Below, piece by piece: positions 10,960-21,391 of a stretch of 64,000 nucleotides of DNA; the stretch's first letter is position 1; each line of letters begins with the position of its first letter. The translations under genes were made by a program, and so were the position numbers. Origin of the DNA: Spirochaetia bacterium (GTDB taxonomy: Bacteria; Spirochaetota; Spirochaetia; UBA9216). The notes beneath the pieces are model-generated. The model was given only the letters and a program-made list of their open reading frames with translations, was not told the DNA's origin and did no database searches. Location: assembly GCA_965140585.1 (NCBI GenBank), contig OZ223269.1, forward strand, positions 992,001-1,056,000. Reading direction: 5' to 3'.

Positions 10960-11652
10960 ATGCAGGCATCAGTGTTGATTATTGAGGATGAACCTAAAAT
11001 TGCTGAACTCATCTCAATGTACCTTCAGAAAGAAGGAATCGTTACCATCATTTGCGACTCCGGAGAAGAAGGACTTGATAAACTCAAAAGCAATAAATTT
11101 GATCTTGTCCTCCTTGATATCAACCTTCCCGGACTTGACGGTTTTGAGGTGCTTCAGGAAATAAGGAAGGTTGAAAACCTTCCTGTAATCATTGTATCAG
11201 CTAGACAGGAAGACGAGGATATGATACTCGGTTTCGGTGTAGGCGCCGATGACTACGTTTCTAAACCTTTCAGCCCGAAAGTACTCGCAGCCAGAGTCCG
11301 AGCTCATTTGAAAAGAAAAAATACATCTGGAGTTTCATATGGGAATATATGCGTATTCGGACCTTATACTCTTGATACTTCCAATTATATTCTTAAAAAA
11401 GACGGTATAAGATTTGAATTACCACCGAAAGAGATGGGAATACTTGTAGTTCTTGCGGAAAAACCCGGAAAGGCAAGTTCTCAGGAAGAACTTTATTCAC
11501 GCATCTGGAACAACAGTTACGGAGATCTTACTACTGTATCTGTGCATATCCAGCGTCTTAGAAAAAAACTTGAGAAGGATCCGTCGAAGCCCTGCTTTAT
11601 AAAGACCTCATACGGATTCGGCTACTATCTTGATACCGGTGGAAACGCTTAA
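10960..11652 (+). CDS. OmpR-family response regulator
   Basis: IIEDE, LLDINLP, GADDYVSKPF, winged helix VHIQRLRKKLE. Confidence 0.95.
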   Translation: MQASVLIIEDEPKIAELISMYLQKEGIVTIICDSGEEGLDKLKSNKFDLVLLDINLPGLDGFEVLQEIRKVENLPVIIVSARQEDEDMILGFGVGADDYVSKPFSPKVLAARVRAHLKRKNTSGVSYGNICVFGPYTLDTSNYILKKDGIRFELPPKEMGILVVLAEKPGKASSQEELYSRIWNNSYGDLTTVSVHIQRLRKKLEKDPSKPCFIKTSYGFGYYLDTGGNA

Positions 11653-13019
11653 TGAAATTGAGAAACAGACTCAAGATTATTACAATGGCTTTTCTGATTA
11701 TCCCGCTGTTATCAATAATGATCACAACTGTCACTTTCTATCTTTCCTGGTCACTGAGCTGGCAGGATGATAATGACCTTACTGTGCCCCGTTTTATGCA
11801 TAAACCGCTTCTTAAAATCCTTCAGGGTGAGGCGGATGCACTTGATGAGCATTCTGCTGGAATCGTCATGGTACTTGATGATGAAGCAAATATCATATGG
11901 GCCAGACATGAAGTTCAGTATGAACTTGATAAACATGACTGGACAGGATTTGACAAGATATACAAAGAACTTATGAACAGAATGCCCGGTATCCCTGTGA
12001 ATTTTATTGTTTATTCCTATCATGGGAAATCAGGAATGGTTATGTTTCTGGAAACGGCTTTTACCGGTGCTAAACTTTTTAAACTTAGCAATCTTCTAAT
12101 TGTCATCATCTATTACGGTATGATTCTGATACCTCTGCTGTTTATCATAATTAACATAAGACCTGCAATTAATTCATTTACAGTACTTGAAAACGCCGCG
12201 AATGAAATAGGCAGGGGCAACCTTGATGTAAGTATAAAACTTACAAAACAATCCGGTAAAAAGAATCCCATATTTAAAGAACTTGCGTCCCTCGAAAAAG
12301 CATTCGACGGCATGCGTAATGAACTGAAAGAGAACCATGAAAGACAGAGCCGGATGATGCTGGCAATTTCCCATGATCTAAAAACACCTCTTACCCTGAT
12401 TAAGGGTTACGTTGAAGCGTTAAAGGACGGAATGGCTGAAACTCCAGAACAGGTTATTGAATATGCTGATGTCATCTTTGACCGTTCAATTATACTTGAA
12501 GAACGTATAAATGATCTTATCCAGTTTGCAAAACTGAGAACAAGTGACTGGCAGGCTGGCTTTTCACTAATCGCTGTTAATGCCTTTATTGAGGAAATAA
12601 CTCAGGTTTTCAGTGATGATGCCTTTATTAGAAAACGAAAGTTTGAAAAGAATATCACAATTGATTCCGGAATCAGTATAAACGGTGATCAGAAAATGCT
12701 CTTTCAGATACTGGAAAATCTATTTGATAATGCATGCCGATATACAGATGATAATGATATAATCAGGTTTTCAGTTGAAAGAAATGATAACAACCTGTTT
12801 CTGCGCTTTGAAGATTCCGGACCCGGTATAAGCGCTGAACACAGAGATAAAATTTTCGGAGTTTTTTACCGGGCAGATCAGACCCGCAACAGCAGAGGCA
12901 TTGGTGTTGGTCTTAGTTCTGTACAGCTGATTGTTGAAAATCATGGCGGAAGTATAGAATATTTCCAGTCAGACCTCGGAGGTGCCGGTTTCCTCGTTGT
13001 GTTACCGATTTGCTTGTAG
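11652..13019 (+). CDS. Sensor histidine kinase (2TM-HAMP-HisKA-HATPase)
   Basis: ISHDLKTPL, NLFDNA, DSGPGI, GIGVGLS. Confidence 0.95.
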   Translation: MKLRNRLKIITMAFLIIPLLSIMITTVTFYLSWSLSWQDDNDLTVPRFMHKPLLKILQGEADALDEHSAGIVMVLDDEANIIWARHEVQYELDKHDWTGFDKIYKELMNRMPGIPVNFIVYSYHGKSGMVMFLETAFTGAKLFKLSNLLIVIIYYGMILIPLLFIIINIRPAINSFTVLENAANEIGRGNLDVSIKLTKQSGKKNPIFKELASLEKAFDGMRNELKENHERQSRMMLAISHDLKTPLTLIKGYVEALKDGMAETPEQVIEYADVIFDRSIILEERINDLIQFAKLRTSDWQAGFSLIAVNAFIEEITQVFSDDAFIRKRKFEKNITIDSGISINGDQKMLFQILENLFDNACRYTDDNDIIRFSVERNDNNLFLRFEDSGPGISAEHRDKIFGVFYRADQTRNSRGIGVGLSSVQLIVENHGGSIEYFQSDLGGAGFLVVLPICL

Positions 13020-13079
13020 ACAAAATCAGCTTTTTAATAGCATATAGATGGTAAATATTGTGTAACTGAAGGGGTTTTT

Positions 13080-13883
13080 ATGATAGTAGGAATAGATATC
13101 GGCAGTACAACAACCAAGGCTGTTGTTATGAAAGACAATAAACTGCTTACCAAGATGAAAGTAAAAGCTTCTGATTCCATAACATCGGCAACCGGTGTTC
13201 TTGGGCGTATCACAGTTGAGCATGATATTGAAATTGGTGATATTCAGAAAATCAACATAACCGGAGCAGGTGCTCTTAAAATTCATAAAAATATTTTTAA
13301 TATACCAACCAAAAAAATTGAAGAAATTAATGCTATAGGTCACGGTGGAAAATTTCTTTCCGGTAAGGATGATATAGTTATAGCAAATATCGGAACAGGT
13401 ACCGCTATGGTAGAGAATATCGGAGGCAAAATTTCACACTTAGGCGGAACTGCGGTTGGTGGTGGTACACTGGTCGGTCTGGCGAAACTGCTTTTAAACA
13501 CATCAGATTTTAAGGGTATTGTAGAGCTTGCCGAAAGAGGAACACTGAACTCCGTAGACCTTCTCATTGGTGATATTGTTGAAAAGAATATCAGCTTCCT
13601 GAATATGGAGGATACAGCCTCCAATTTCGGAAAGATTCTTGATACAGCTTCTAAAGAGGATATCGCTCTGGGCCTGATAAACATGATATATCAGGTTATC
13701 GGTATGATAGCGGTATTTGCAGCCCAGAGCAGAAATAAAGATATTGTAGTTGTAACAGGTAACGGCAGCCATAACCTGCTGGGGCAGAATGTACTTAATA
13801 AAATATCAGAAATGTATGGAATTAAGTACGAATTTCCCCAGGATGCGGAATATGCCACAGCAATAGGCGCCGCCCTGTTGTAA
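13080..13883 (+). CDS. Type II pantothenate kinase-like protein (ASKHA fold)
   Basis: GIDIGSTTTK, NIGTGT, GGTAVGGGTLVGL, VDLLIGDI, TASNFGK. Confidence 0.75.
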   Translation: MIVGIDIGSTTTKAVVMKDNKLLTKMKVKASDSITSATGVLGRITVEHDIEIGDIQKINITGAGALKIHKNIFNIPTKKIEEINAIGHGGKFLSGKDDIVIANIGTGTAMVENIGGKISHLGGTAVGGGTLVGLAKLLLNTSDFKGIVELAERGTLNSVDLLIGDIVEKNISFLNMEDTASNFGKILDTASKEDIALGLINMIYQVIGMIAVFAAQSRNKDIVVVTGNGSHNLLGQNVLNKISEMYGIKYEFPQDAEYATAIGAALL

Positions 13884-13902
13884 AAATTTTTAAAATGCAG
13901 TT

Positions 13903-14982
13903 TTAAGTGACCAGCGGTATCAGGGTTTCAATATAATATGGGTCGCTTGAAACCGGCTCTCCTTCATATCCTTTTGAATCTAACGGTATAACAATTGCTT
14001 TGATATATTTACCTACATCTGAAGATTGAATATTATACGAAGCTGCTGTTTCACCATCTATCAGAGTATAGGTTCCATCAGCCGAATCTGAAATATACCA
14101 TGCAATCACTGTGTCTGCTTCCTCATCATCATCACTGTCTGTATAGACATAATCTGCTATAAGCTGATTCATTATCCTTGTGACTCCTGTATAGAAACTC
14201 ATTGTAGGTGAATTGAATCGATATCCTTCAATTATTTCTTCCCAGTATCTGTTTGTTGAAGAATCAAACTGACGTTCAATCGGATAGTAATAAACAATAT
14301 CGGTTAGTGGTCCGATAGCTGCCAGAGGAGCGAACTCCTCACCGTAATGAGGATATACATTATCATCCATGGAATCACTGATAGCCCAGAAGCCTCCATC
14401 AGAATCATAATAATAAATATAATAGGTAATTCCGGCATTTTCCATTGTGTAATAGTCACCAGAGACATCTTTTACGTAAAAACCCTCAATCTGAGTAAAC
14501 TCTGTAGTATCGCTGACTGTTATTCCGAACGCTGCCTCCGGTGCATAATTTCCTGTTCCGATAAGATTGAATGACATCGTATTAACTGCATCCGTTTCAT
14601 AACTGACAGTAACTGCAGCATCTCTTGTACCGTTGTCGGATGGATTAAAGGTTACTGAAAAACTGACAGAATCACCGGATTCAAGATCTGCGGGCAACTC
14701 ACTGACAGATACTGTAAAATCATCTGTATTATCAACTATTATGCTGTTAATTTTAAAGACAGTATCACCGGTATTTTCTATCGTTCCTGAAACTGTTTCA
14801 GATGATTCACCGACCTTAATTTCACCGAAGTTAATTCTGGATAAATCATCCAGTGTAACATCAGTAAAATTGAGATTTAAATCATAATTGGGATTGATGT
14901 CCGGTGTAGTTTCTGGATTGCATGATATAAGTACAGTAAGGATGACTACAACCGAAACAAAAGTAACAATTACATTCTTCAT
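13903..14982 (-). CDS. Acidic surface lipoprotein with Ig-like domains (choice-of-anchor D-like plus C-terminal Ig)
   Basis: Lipobox LISC; INFGEIKVG..IENTG..FSVTFNP..LIGTG; SYNIQSSDVGKYIKAIVIP. Confidence 0.7.
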   Translation of the reverse strand: MKNVIVTFVSVVVILTVLISCNPETTPDINPNYDLNLNFTDVTLDDLSRINFGEIKVGESSETVSGTIENTGDTVFKINSIIVDNTDDFTVSVSELPADLESGDSVSFSVTFNPSDNGTRDAAVTVSYETDAVNTMSFNLIGTGNYAPEAAFGITVSDTTEFTQIEGFYVKDVSGDYYTMENAGITYYIYYYDSDGGFWAISDSMDDNVYPHYGEEFAPLAAIGPLTDIVYYYPIERQFDSSTNRYWEEIIEGYRFNSPTMSFYTGVTRIMNQLIADYVYTDSDDDEEADTVIAWYISDSADGTYTLIDGETAASYNIQSSDVGKYIKAIVIPLDSKGYEGEPVSSDPYYIETLIPLVT

Positions 14983-15184
14983 TGTTTTCTCCTTTGGAAT
15001 ATATCACTTACAGAAGCTATCATATTTTAGAAGGATACTTGTGATTTATATCTATATTTTATCACTCTGACATTATTGTTCAATGAATAAATAGCTGATA
15101 ATCAACAATATCTTAATTTGGCCGATATAATTAATCAAATGGAAGCTCCTATGGAAAAAATATAAAGTAATGCTATGATACAAT

Positions 15185-15418
15185 ATGAATATGATACAGG
15201 AAACGTTCGAAAACTACATCTTAACAGCTGCACCTCTTCAAACCTCTAACGGAAGATGGTCTGTATCGGTGATTATCAAACAGACCAACGGTTCCGGACA
15301 AAAATCCAGGCGATTTTACGCTGATGATGGAATCTCCTATATTCTCGAAATAGAAGCTGCAAAGGAATGTCTTAACCTCGGCCGGAATCTTATCAAAAGA
15401 AACCTGGCAGGCTTATAA
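15185..15418 (+). CDS. Small hypothetical protein
   Basis: 77-aa ORF filling the intergenic gap; extended -10 directly upstream. Confidence 0.55.
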   Translation: MNMIQETFENYILTAAPLQTSNGRWSVSVIIKQTNGSGQKSRRFYADDGISYILEIEAAKECLNLGRNLIKRNLAGL

Positions 15419-15493
15419 AGAATGCATTAAATAAAGATAGCTATTGTACATTTTTATGATAAAATAAGTGTATATTTTCAAACGGAGAACAGC

Positions 15494-17404
15494 ATGTCAC
15501 AGAAGACAGAATGGTACAAGGATGCCGGATTCGGACTCTTCATTCATTGGGGAGCGTACTCTGTGGCTGGAGTAGAGGCTTCCTGGCCGATAATGGCTCC
15601 CAGAATGTCAGAGGCTATGTTTAAAGTACCGTCCAATATTTCAGAAGAAGATTATTTTAAGCTTCCTCAAAGTTTTAATCCTGTTGAATTTAAACCGGAT
15701 GAATGGGTAGAAACCGCCAGAAACGCAGGTATGAAGTACATCATTTTTACATCAAAACATCATGATGGTTTCTGTATGTTCGATGCACCCGGTACTTCAT
15801 ACAAGATTACCAATACTCCTTATGGCCGTGATATCTGCCTTGAACTGGCTGAAGCCTGCCGAAAAGCGGATATGCCTCTCGGCTTTTATTATTCTCCGCC
15901 TGATATGAATCATCCGGGATACCGGGATACTTCAAAACCGGTGACTGCAAACTGGACCGGTCAACCTGAACGGAAAAAGGAATGGGCTGAATATTTAGAT
16001 TATATGGAATCTCATATAGTTAAATTGCTGACTAATTATGGGAAAATATCTGTACTCTGGTTCGACGGCCTGTCAAATCACGGAAAATATCAGCCGGAAC
16101 GTTTTCATAAACTTATAAGAAAAATCAGCCCTGATACATTAATAAATGACAGGCTTGGCGATGGCTACGATTTTCTTACACCCGAGCAGTTTATACCAAA
16201 AGATGGAATTCCTGCTAAAAGTTTTTCAAAAGCTCCCGGAATGGAACCGGGAGGTGATAGTTTCTTCAAGACAGTTAATAAACTATTTAAAGTTCCTCTT
16301 ATAAATATTTATATCAGAAAACAGATGGAAAAATACTCAACCGGAGAACTGGAGCTTTCACCGGTATACAGAGAAGCATATCCTGAACCTGAATATTTTC
16401 AGCTTTGGGAAACATGTATGACAATCGGCAGTACCTGGGCATTTAATCCTTTAGAAAAAAACTGGAAAACTTCATCATCCCTGATTGAGAATCTGATTGC
16501 TGTATCGGCTAAAGGAGGCAACTATCTCCTTAATATAGGACCGGATGGTCTTGGTCAGTTTCCATCTGAAGCTGTAAACAGGCTGAAAGATATCGGAACA
16601 TGGATGAATCAAAATGGTGAGTATGTATATGGAAGTAATTATACCGGAATACAGGATCAAAACTGGGGCTATACGCTTAGAAAAGATAAAAATCTGTACT
16701 TATTTTTAAAAATGGATTCAAAAGAAAGTACATTGGAACTTACAGCTCTGCCAGCAGATATTGTTTCAGTTAGATTAAGCTCCGGAGCACCATGTGAGTA
16801 TCAATTTGAAAACGGATCCCTTTTAATTCCTTTGGATAATCTTAAGAAAACAGAACCTCTAACGGTAATTATTGCAGAAATTGACCATCAGGCAGTAAAT
16901 AAAGAAAAATACAGTCCTCATATCGACAACCGTCAGACAGGACGCTCTTTTCTTAAAAAGCAGGTCTTTTACAGTTTAATAGTAAACAGCATTGCAAACG
17001 GTCTTATTGCTTTTTTCAGCTATATTAATCATTCCGCAGTTAAGGCAGTTGACGGGCTTATCGATTCCGGGATAACCGCTTTTATAATTGGTTTTATTGT
17101 TACCTGGATTTTGACCGATTCAGTTAGGAAAGAAGTATTTATGCACCGACTTAAGGATTATACCGATAACCCGGTTTTCAGAATTATGCCCGGTAATATA
17201 ATTTTACGATCTGTTGTTTTTTCATTTATAACAAGCTGCCTTATCATGCTTCTTTTCTGGTCAGTACTAAATTTAACCGGAATTTCAGTCATAGCTAATA
17301 ATCATTATATACTGATTAAAACTCTCTACACAGGTGTATCCGGTGCAATCGCAGCATTGGCTGCCATCGGATCAGTATTAATTGAACATCGAAGGCAGAG
17401 TTAA
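15494..17404 (+). CDS. GH29 alpha-L-fucosidase-family protein with C-terminal multi-TM domain
   Basis: FGLFIHWG, TSKHHDGF, LWFDG nucleophile, INDR, WETCMT, GGNYLLNIGP; about 4 hydrophobic helices at the C-terminus. Confidence 0.85.
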   Translation: MSQKTEWYKDAGFGLFIHWGAYSVAGVEASWPIMAPRMSEAMFKVPSNISEEDYFKLPQSFNPVEFKPDEWVETARNAGMKYIIFTSKHHDGFCMFDAPGTSYKITNTPYGRDICLELAEACRKADMPLGFYYSPPDMNHPGYRDTSKPVTANWTGQPERKKEWAEYLDYMESHIVKLLTNYGKISVLWFDGLSNHGKYQPERFHKLIRKISPDTLINDRLGDGYDFLTPEQFIPKDGIPAKSFSKAPGMEPGGDSFFKTVNKLFKVPLINIYIRKQMEKYSTGELELSPVYREAYPEPEYFQLWETCMTIGSTWAFNPLEKNWKTSSSLIENLIAVSAKGGNYLLNIGPDGLGQFPSEAVNRLKDIGTWMNQNGEYVYGSNYTGIQDQNWGYTLRKDKNLYLFLKMDSKESTLELTALPADIVSVRLSSGAPCEYQFENGSLLIPLDNLKKTEPLTVIIAEIDHQAVNKEKYSPHIDNRQTGRSFLKKQVFYSLIVNSIANGLIAFFSYINHSAVKAVDGLIDSGITAFIIGFIVTWILTDSVRKEVFMHRLKDYTDNPVFRIMPGNIILRSVVFSFITSCLIMLLFWSVLNLTGISVIANNHYILIKTLYTGVSGAIAALAAIGSVLIEHRRQS

Positions 17405-17425
17405 AAAATACAGGAAATTACATCA

Positions 17426-18163
17426 ATGGTTTTACGCAAAATTTTTTTCGCAATTCTTCTAATATTTTCAGTCTCAACAGCTCTTCATGCTGAAATAATT
17501 ATCAGAGCATATAACGGCTATATACTCTGGATAGATACAGAGCAAAGAGGTCCTGTGTTTTTTATGTATAATTTAGGTCCAGATAACGGAAATTATAATA
17601 AAAGAAATTACAAACCTGATCCCTGGCTCGATTCTGAATTTCAGCAAAAAGACTCCGGAACATACGCTTCGGTTCATCAAGGTTGGGATCTTGGGCATCT
17701 GGTGCCTCTTAATCATCTTGATTCCTATACGGAAACCGCCGCCGCGACTGAGTATCTTACAGATATCGTCCCGCAAGCCAGTTATCTCAATCAGCGAGGG
17801 ACCTGGAGAGAAACAGAGAAGATAATTGAATGTTTAAGAGAAGATTATTATCTAACTATTTTTGGAGGAGTTATCTGGGGTGATGATGAGTCCAATGATT
17901 ATTTTGTTGAATCTCATGGAATTAAAACTCCTGATTTTCTCTGGAAGGCAATTCTTCACGATGTTGAAGTAATTGCATGGATTATGCCGAACACCGACGA
18001 TACAGATCTGACAAGAGCTGAAAAGCTCGATGATTATATTTGTTCTATCGATGAAATATCTGAACAGGCATTTATTCCGATTTATCTGCCTGGTTTTATC
18101 AGAGAACAGAAACCTGAAACGACCTGGAAAATTGACTGTACCGGCAATGACTGGAAAAAATGA
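17426..18163 (+). CDS. Secreted DNA/RNA non-specific endonuclease (NucA/EndoG family)
   Basis: Signal peptide; WDLGHLVP, IVPQ..LNQRGTWRETE, PDFLWK. Confidence 0.8.
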   Translation: MVLRKIFFAILLIFSVSTALHAEIIIRAYNGYILWIDTEQRGPVFFMYNLGPDNGNYNKRNYKPDPWLDSEFQQKDSGTYASVHQGWDLGHLVPLNHLDSYTETAAATEYLTDIVPQASYLNQRGTWRETEKIIECLREDYYLTIFGGVIWGDDESNDYFVESHGIKTPDFLWKAILHDVEVIAWIMPNTDDTDLTRAEKLDDYICSIDEISEQAFIPIYLPGFIREQKPETTWKIDCTGNDWKK

Positions 18164-18673
18164 TCAGCCTTTCAATGATTCAAAAAATCCAAGTTCCCTG
18201 TTTTTTCTGACATTATCATAATTAAAGATTCTTCCGTTCATCACGATATATACACCATGCTCCAAAAGCTGTACTGCTGTAAAACTACAGCCAAGATTGA
18301 AAACAGCATCAGACCCCGCAATAGTATATGGGATCATAGCTCCTGTTAAGATAACGGTTTTTGCAAGGCGAGCTTCGCCAAGAATAGCAGCAGTCTCTGC
18401 CATTGTATCGGTTCCATGGGTGATTATAATTCTTGATTCCTTTGCGCTTCTACAGGAATCAAGAATAGAAATACGATTGCTTTCAGCCATATCAAGGCTG
18501 TCAATAAGCTGGTTTACTTCAAGTTCAACCGGAAGAGTCGGCCTCACAGTTTTTACTATTTCAGGCAGATGACTGTTTTGAAAAGTAAGATCTCCCTTTA
18601 TTGCGTCATATTCCTTATCGAAGGTTCCGCCGGTAATGATGATCCTAATTGTTTCGCTTGCTGATTCTTTCAT
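18164..18673 (-). CDS. Short asparaginase-domain protein (N-terminal domain only)
   Basis: TGGTFDK, IDSLDM, ITHGTDTM, ILTGAM, SDAVFNL. Confidence 0.85.
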   Translation of the reverse strand: MKESASETIRIIITGGTFDKEYDAIKGDLTFQNSHLPEIVKTVRPTLPVELEVNQLIDSLDMAESNRISILDSCRSAKESRIIITHGTDTMAETAAILGEARLAKTVILTGAMIPYTIAGSDAVFNLGCSFTAVQLLEHGVYIVMNGRIFNYDNVRKNRELGFFESLKG

Positions 18674-20861
18674 TTGTTCTATCCCCGTTTTTGCCTAGGC
18701 TTATTTTAAGTATAGTGGGAAGAAGACTGAGGCTTAAAAAGGAACTGAGAATCATAGTTACCCACATCAAAATGCTTAATGTCACATGTATTTGAAATGG
18801 ACTGAAAACCATAGCCGTAAAACCTATGGCAAGTCCCATGGCATTTGCGATTACCGGAGTAGCTACATAATCAAGAGCCCGAGTCACAGCAAGAGCAGAA
18901 GCCTCTCCTGCGGCTAGTTTCTTTTTTTCAAACCGGTATAAAGAAACAAAATGAATTGCATAATCAATTCCAACACCGACCGTCAGCCCTGCCATCATGC
19001 TGGATATAATACTAAGCCTTATTCCTGAATAACCCATGAACCCGAAAAGCCCTATCAAGGTAATTGCTACAGGAATACCTGAAAGGATCCCGAGTTTGAA
19101 GCTTCTCTGGGTGATAGTAGTCAGCACCATTACAAGAATAACTGCAAGCACAAGAGATCCGGTCTGCTGCGGCATTATAGTATCATTAAGCTCTTTCATC
19201 GCAAAAGCTGTACTGACAGGCTGAAGTTCAATACCATAATCCAGACTTATCTGTTCAGCAGTCTCAATGAAACCATTTAAAGTCCCGTCACTTAAGTCGG
19301 GAAGAAAGAAAAAAGCACGGCCGTAGCCTTCATCTGAATAAAAGTTGTTTAATCCGGATGGACTTAATTTTTTTATTCTGCTTAAAATCATCCTCTGAAC
19401 AAAAGGATCATCAGGTATTTCCGTCATCTTTGTTGTTGATGTAAGAAATCCCTCGACAAGCGAAAAAAGCGAAAGACTGCTGCCGGCTATACCTTTTTCA
19501 TTCACTGCCTTCTGAAAAGCAAGTACTGCATCAGCAGTATTAACATCAAGAGGTGAAGGGGTTTCGTACAGGAGTGTTACCGGTATGGCACCGCCAAGAA
19601 TTTCTGTTATTCTATCAATTGATTGATAAACTTCCGTATTCTTTTTATACATCGAAAGCATGGAAAAATCAGACTTAAGAAAAAATGTACCCGGAATTGC
19701 AACTGCTATAATCAGAAGTGTAATGACAATCGATTTACCTCCCTGGATCTTTTTGAATAGCCCAAGTACCCGGTTTTTACTGTTATAACGTCGTGATTCA
19801 AGCGGTTTCTGATGCAGCAGAAGGATTGGAAGAATTACCCAGGTTGCAGCACCGGCAGCAAGTATTCCCAATGCAGCGCCTGCTGCCATACTCCTGATTG
19901 CTTCACTGTCAATTAGAAGCATAGACAGAAATCCGGCCATAGTTGTCAGTGAAGTCATGATAATAGGTATACCGACAGCTTCCATAGTTTCCGATACTGC
20001 GTCAAAAGTCGAACGGCCCTCTGCAAGCCGGTCCATTACATGACTTGTAATATGCAAACCGTCCGCACTTCCAAGAACTATGATAAAAATTGGAATAAGT
20101 ACCGTCATTATCGAAATACTTCCCTCTATCCATGACATAACACCCAGGGTCATTACACCGGCAATAATAGCAGGAGACATACTAAGTGCGGTTGCCCTGA
20201 GACTTCCGATTCTTATTCTGAAAACGTTAATAAGGAGAATAATAGCGATGGGCGGGAGAAATATTAAAACTCGAAGAATATAATCAAATATTTTCCCCTG
20301 AAGATAGGGTTCTCCGGAAAGTAGATACTCACGGCCCGATCCATCAAGAGTATTCTGAATATTTTTTATTATAGGCGGATATTCATTATGCAGTCCCAAA
20401 AATACCCTGCAGATTACCCAGTCACTGTTTTTAAGCTCTATTCCTGTATTCAGATTATCAAGCAGTGCATCAGAATCAAAATCTGCAGAATCAAGAAGTT
20501 CTCTGCTGTAGGGCAGTTCAACTTTGCTAACCCCTTTGATCAGTGATAATTCATCTGCAATAAAACTAATATCATCAAGATCCTTCCTGTTGTTATCTAA
20601 ACTCATTAAAATCAGAATTTCATCAGAATCGCCGAATATCTCATTCAGAAAATGTATTTTCTTCAGTTGTTCAGACTTCATGGGCATAAAAACCGTAAAA
20701 TCAGTATTTATGTCTACAATGATAATTCCGGCTAAAGAAAAAGCCATCAACAATACAGTAAGAATCATAATAATTTTACCGTATTTGGAAAGAAATCCGG
20801 TATAGGAACGATATAGTCTCATGAATTGAATTATATGAAAAAAACGATTTTTTTTCATCAT
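18645..20861 (-). CDS. MMPL/RND-superfamily membrane transporter
   Basis: Two repeats of TM-periplasm-5TM; LGSADGLH and VGIDYAIH; true start may lie downstream of 20861. Confidence 0.85.
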   Translation of the reverse strand: MMKKNRFFHIIQFMRLYRSYTGFLSKYGKIIMILTVLLMAFSLAGIIIVDINTDFTVFMPMKSEQLKKIHFLNEIFGDSDEILILMSLDNNRKDLDDISFIADELSLIKGVSKVELPYSRELLDSADFDSDALLDNLNTGIELKNSDWVICRVFLGLHNEYPPIIKNIQNTLDGSGREYLLSGEPYLQGKIFDYILRVLIFLPPIAIILLINVFRIRIGSLRATALSMSPAIIAGVMTLGVMSWIEGSISIMTVLIPIFIIVLGSADGLHITSHVMDRLAEGRSTFDAVSETMEAVGIPIIMTSLTTMAGFLSMLLIDSEAIRSMAAGAALGILAAGAATWVILPILLLHQKPLESRRYNSKNRVLGLFKKIQGGKSIVITLLIIAVAIPGTFFLKSDFSMLSMYKKNTEVYQSIDRITEILGGAIPVTLLYETPSPLDVNTADAVLAFQKAVNEKGIAGSSLSLFSLVEGFLTSTTKMTEIPDDPFVQRMILSRIKKLSPSGLNNFYSDEGYGRAFFFLPDLSDGTLNGFIETAEQISLDYGIELQPVSTAFAMKELNDTIMPQQTGSLVLAVILVMVLTTITQRSFKLGILSGIPVAITLIGLFGFMGYSGIRLSIISSMMAGLTVGVGIDYAIHFVSLYRFEKKKLAAGEASALAVTRALDYVATPVIANAMGLAIGFTAMVFSPFQIHVTLSILMWVTMILSSFLSLSLLPTILKISLGKNGDRTNERISKRNN

Positions 20862-20881
20862 TTCTTTGATAAAATATCGCT

Positions 20882-21391
20882 ATGAATATTAGATTATACA
20901 CTGAAAATGAACTTAAAACTCTGGTTGGAATAGGCAGAAAAACCTATTTCGATACCTTTAGCAGATTCAATACTCCTGAAACCATGAGTGCCTACCTTGA
21001 TGAAGCTTTTGATAAAAATAAAATCGCCGGTGAAGTGGCTAATCCCGGTTCGTTTTTTTATTTTTGCGAGATTGAAAAGTCGATAGCAGCCTATTTCAAA
21101 CTTAACCTGCCTCCTTATCAATCAGATCGCAATGAACCTGATTCTCTGGAGCTTGAGCGTATATACGTGATTAGAGATTTTAAAGGCATAGGCCTTGGTC
21201 GGAAAATAATTGAATTTACAGAAACTTTTGCGGTAGAAAATGGCTGTAAAAAAATATGGCTTGGAGTATGGGAAAAGAACAGCTCAGCGCTCGAATTCTA
21301 TGCTAAAATGGGTTTTGAGAAATGCGGTGAACATTATTTCAGAATGGGAGAGGAACTTCAGACTGATTATATACTTGAAAAATATTTATGA
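20882..21391 (+). CDS. GNAT N-acetyltransferase (PaiA-like)
   Basis: LELERIYV..KGIGLG, IWLGVWEKN..ALEFYAKMGF. Confidence 0.9.
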   Translation: MNIRLYTENELKTLVGIGRKTYFDTFSRFNTPETMSAYLDEAFDKNKIAGEVANPGSFFYFCEIEKSIAAYFKLNLPPYQSDRNEPDSLELERIYVIRDFKGIGLGRKIIEFTETFAVENGCKKIWLGVWEKNSSALEFYAKMGFEKCGEHYFRMGEELQTDYILEKYL

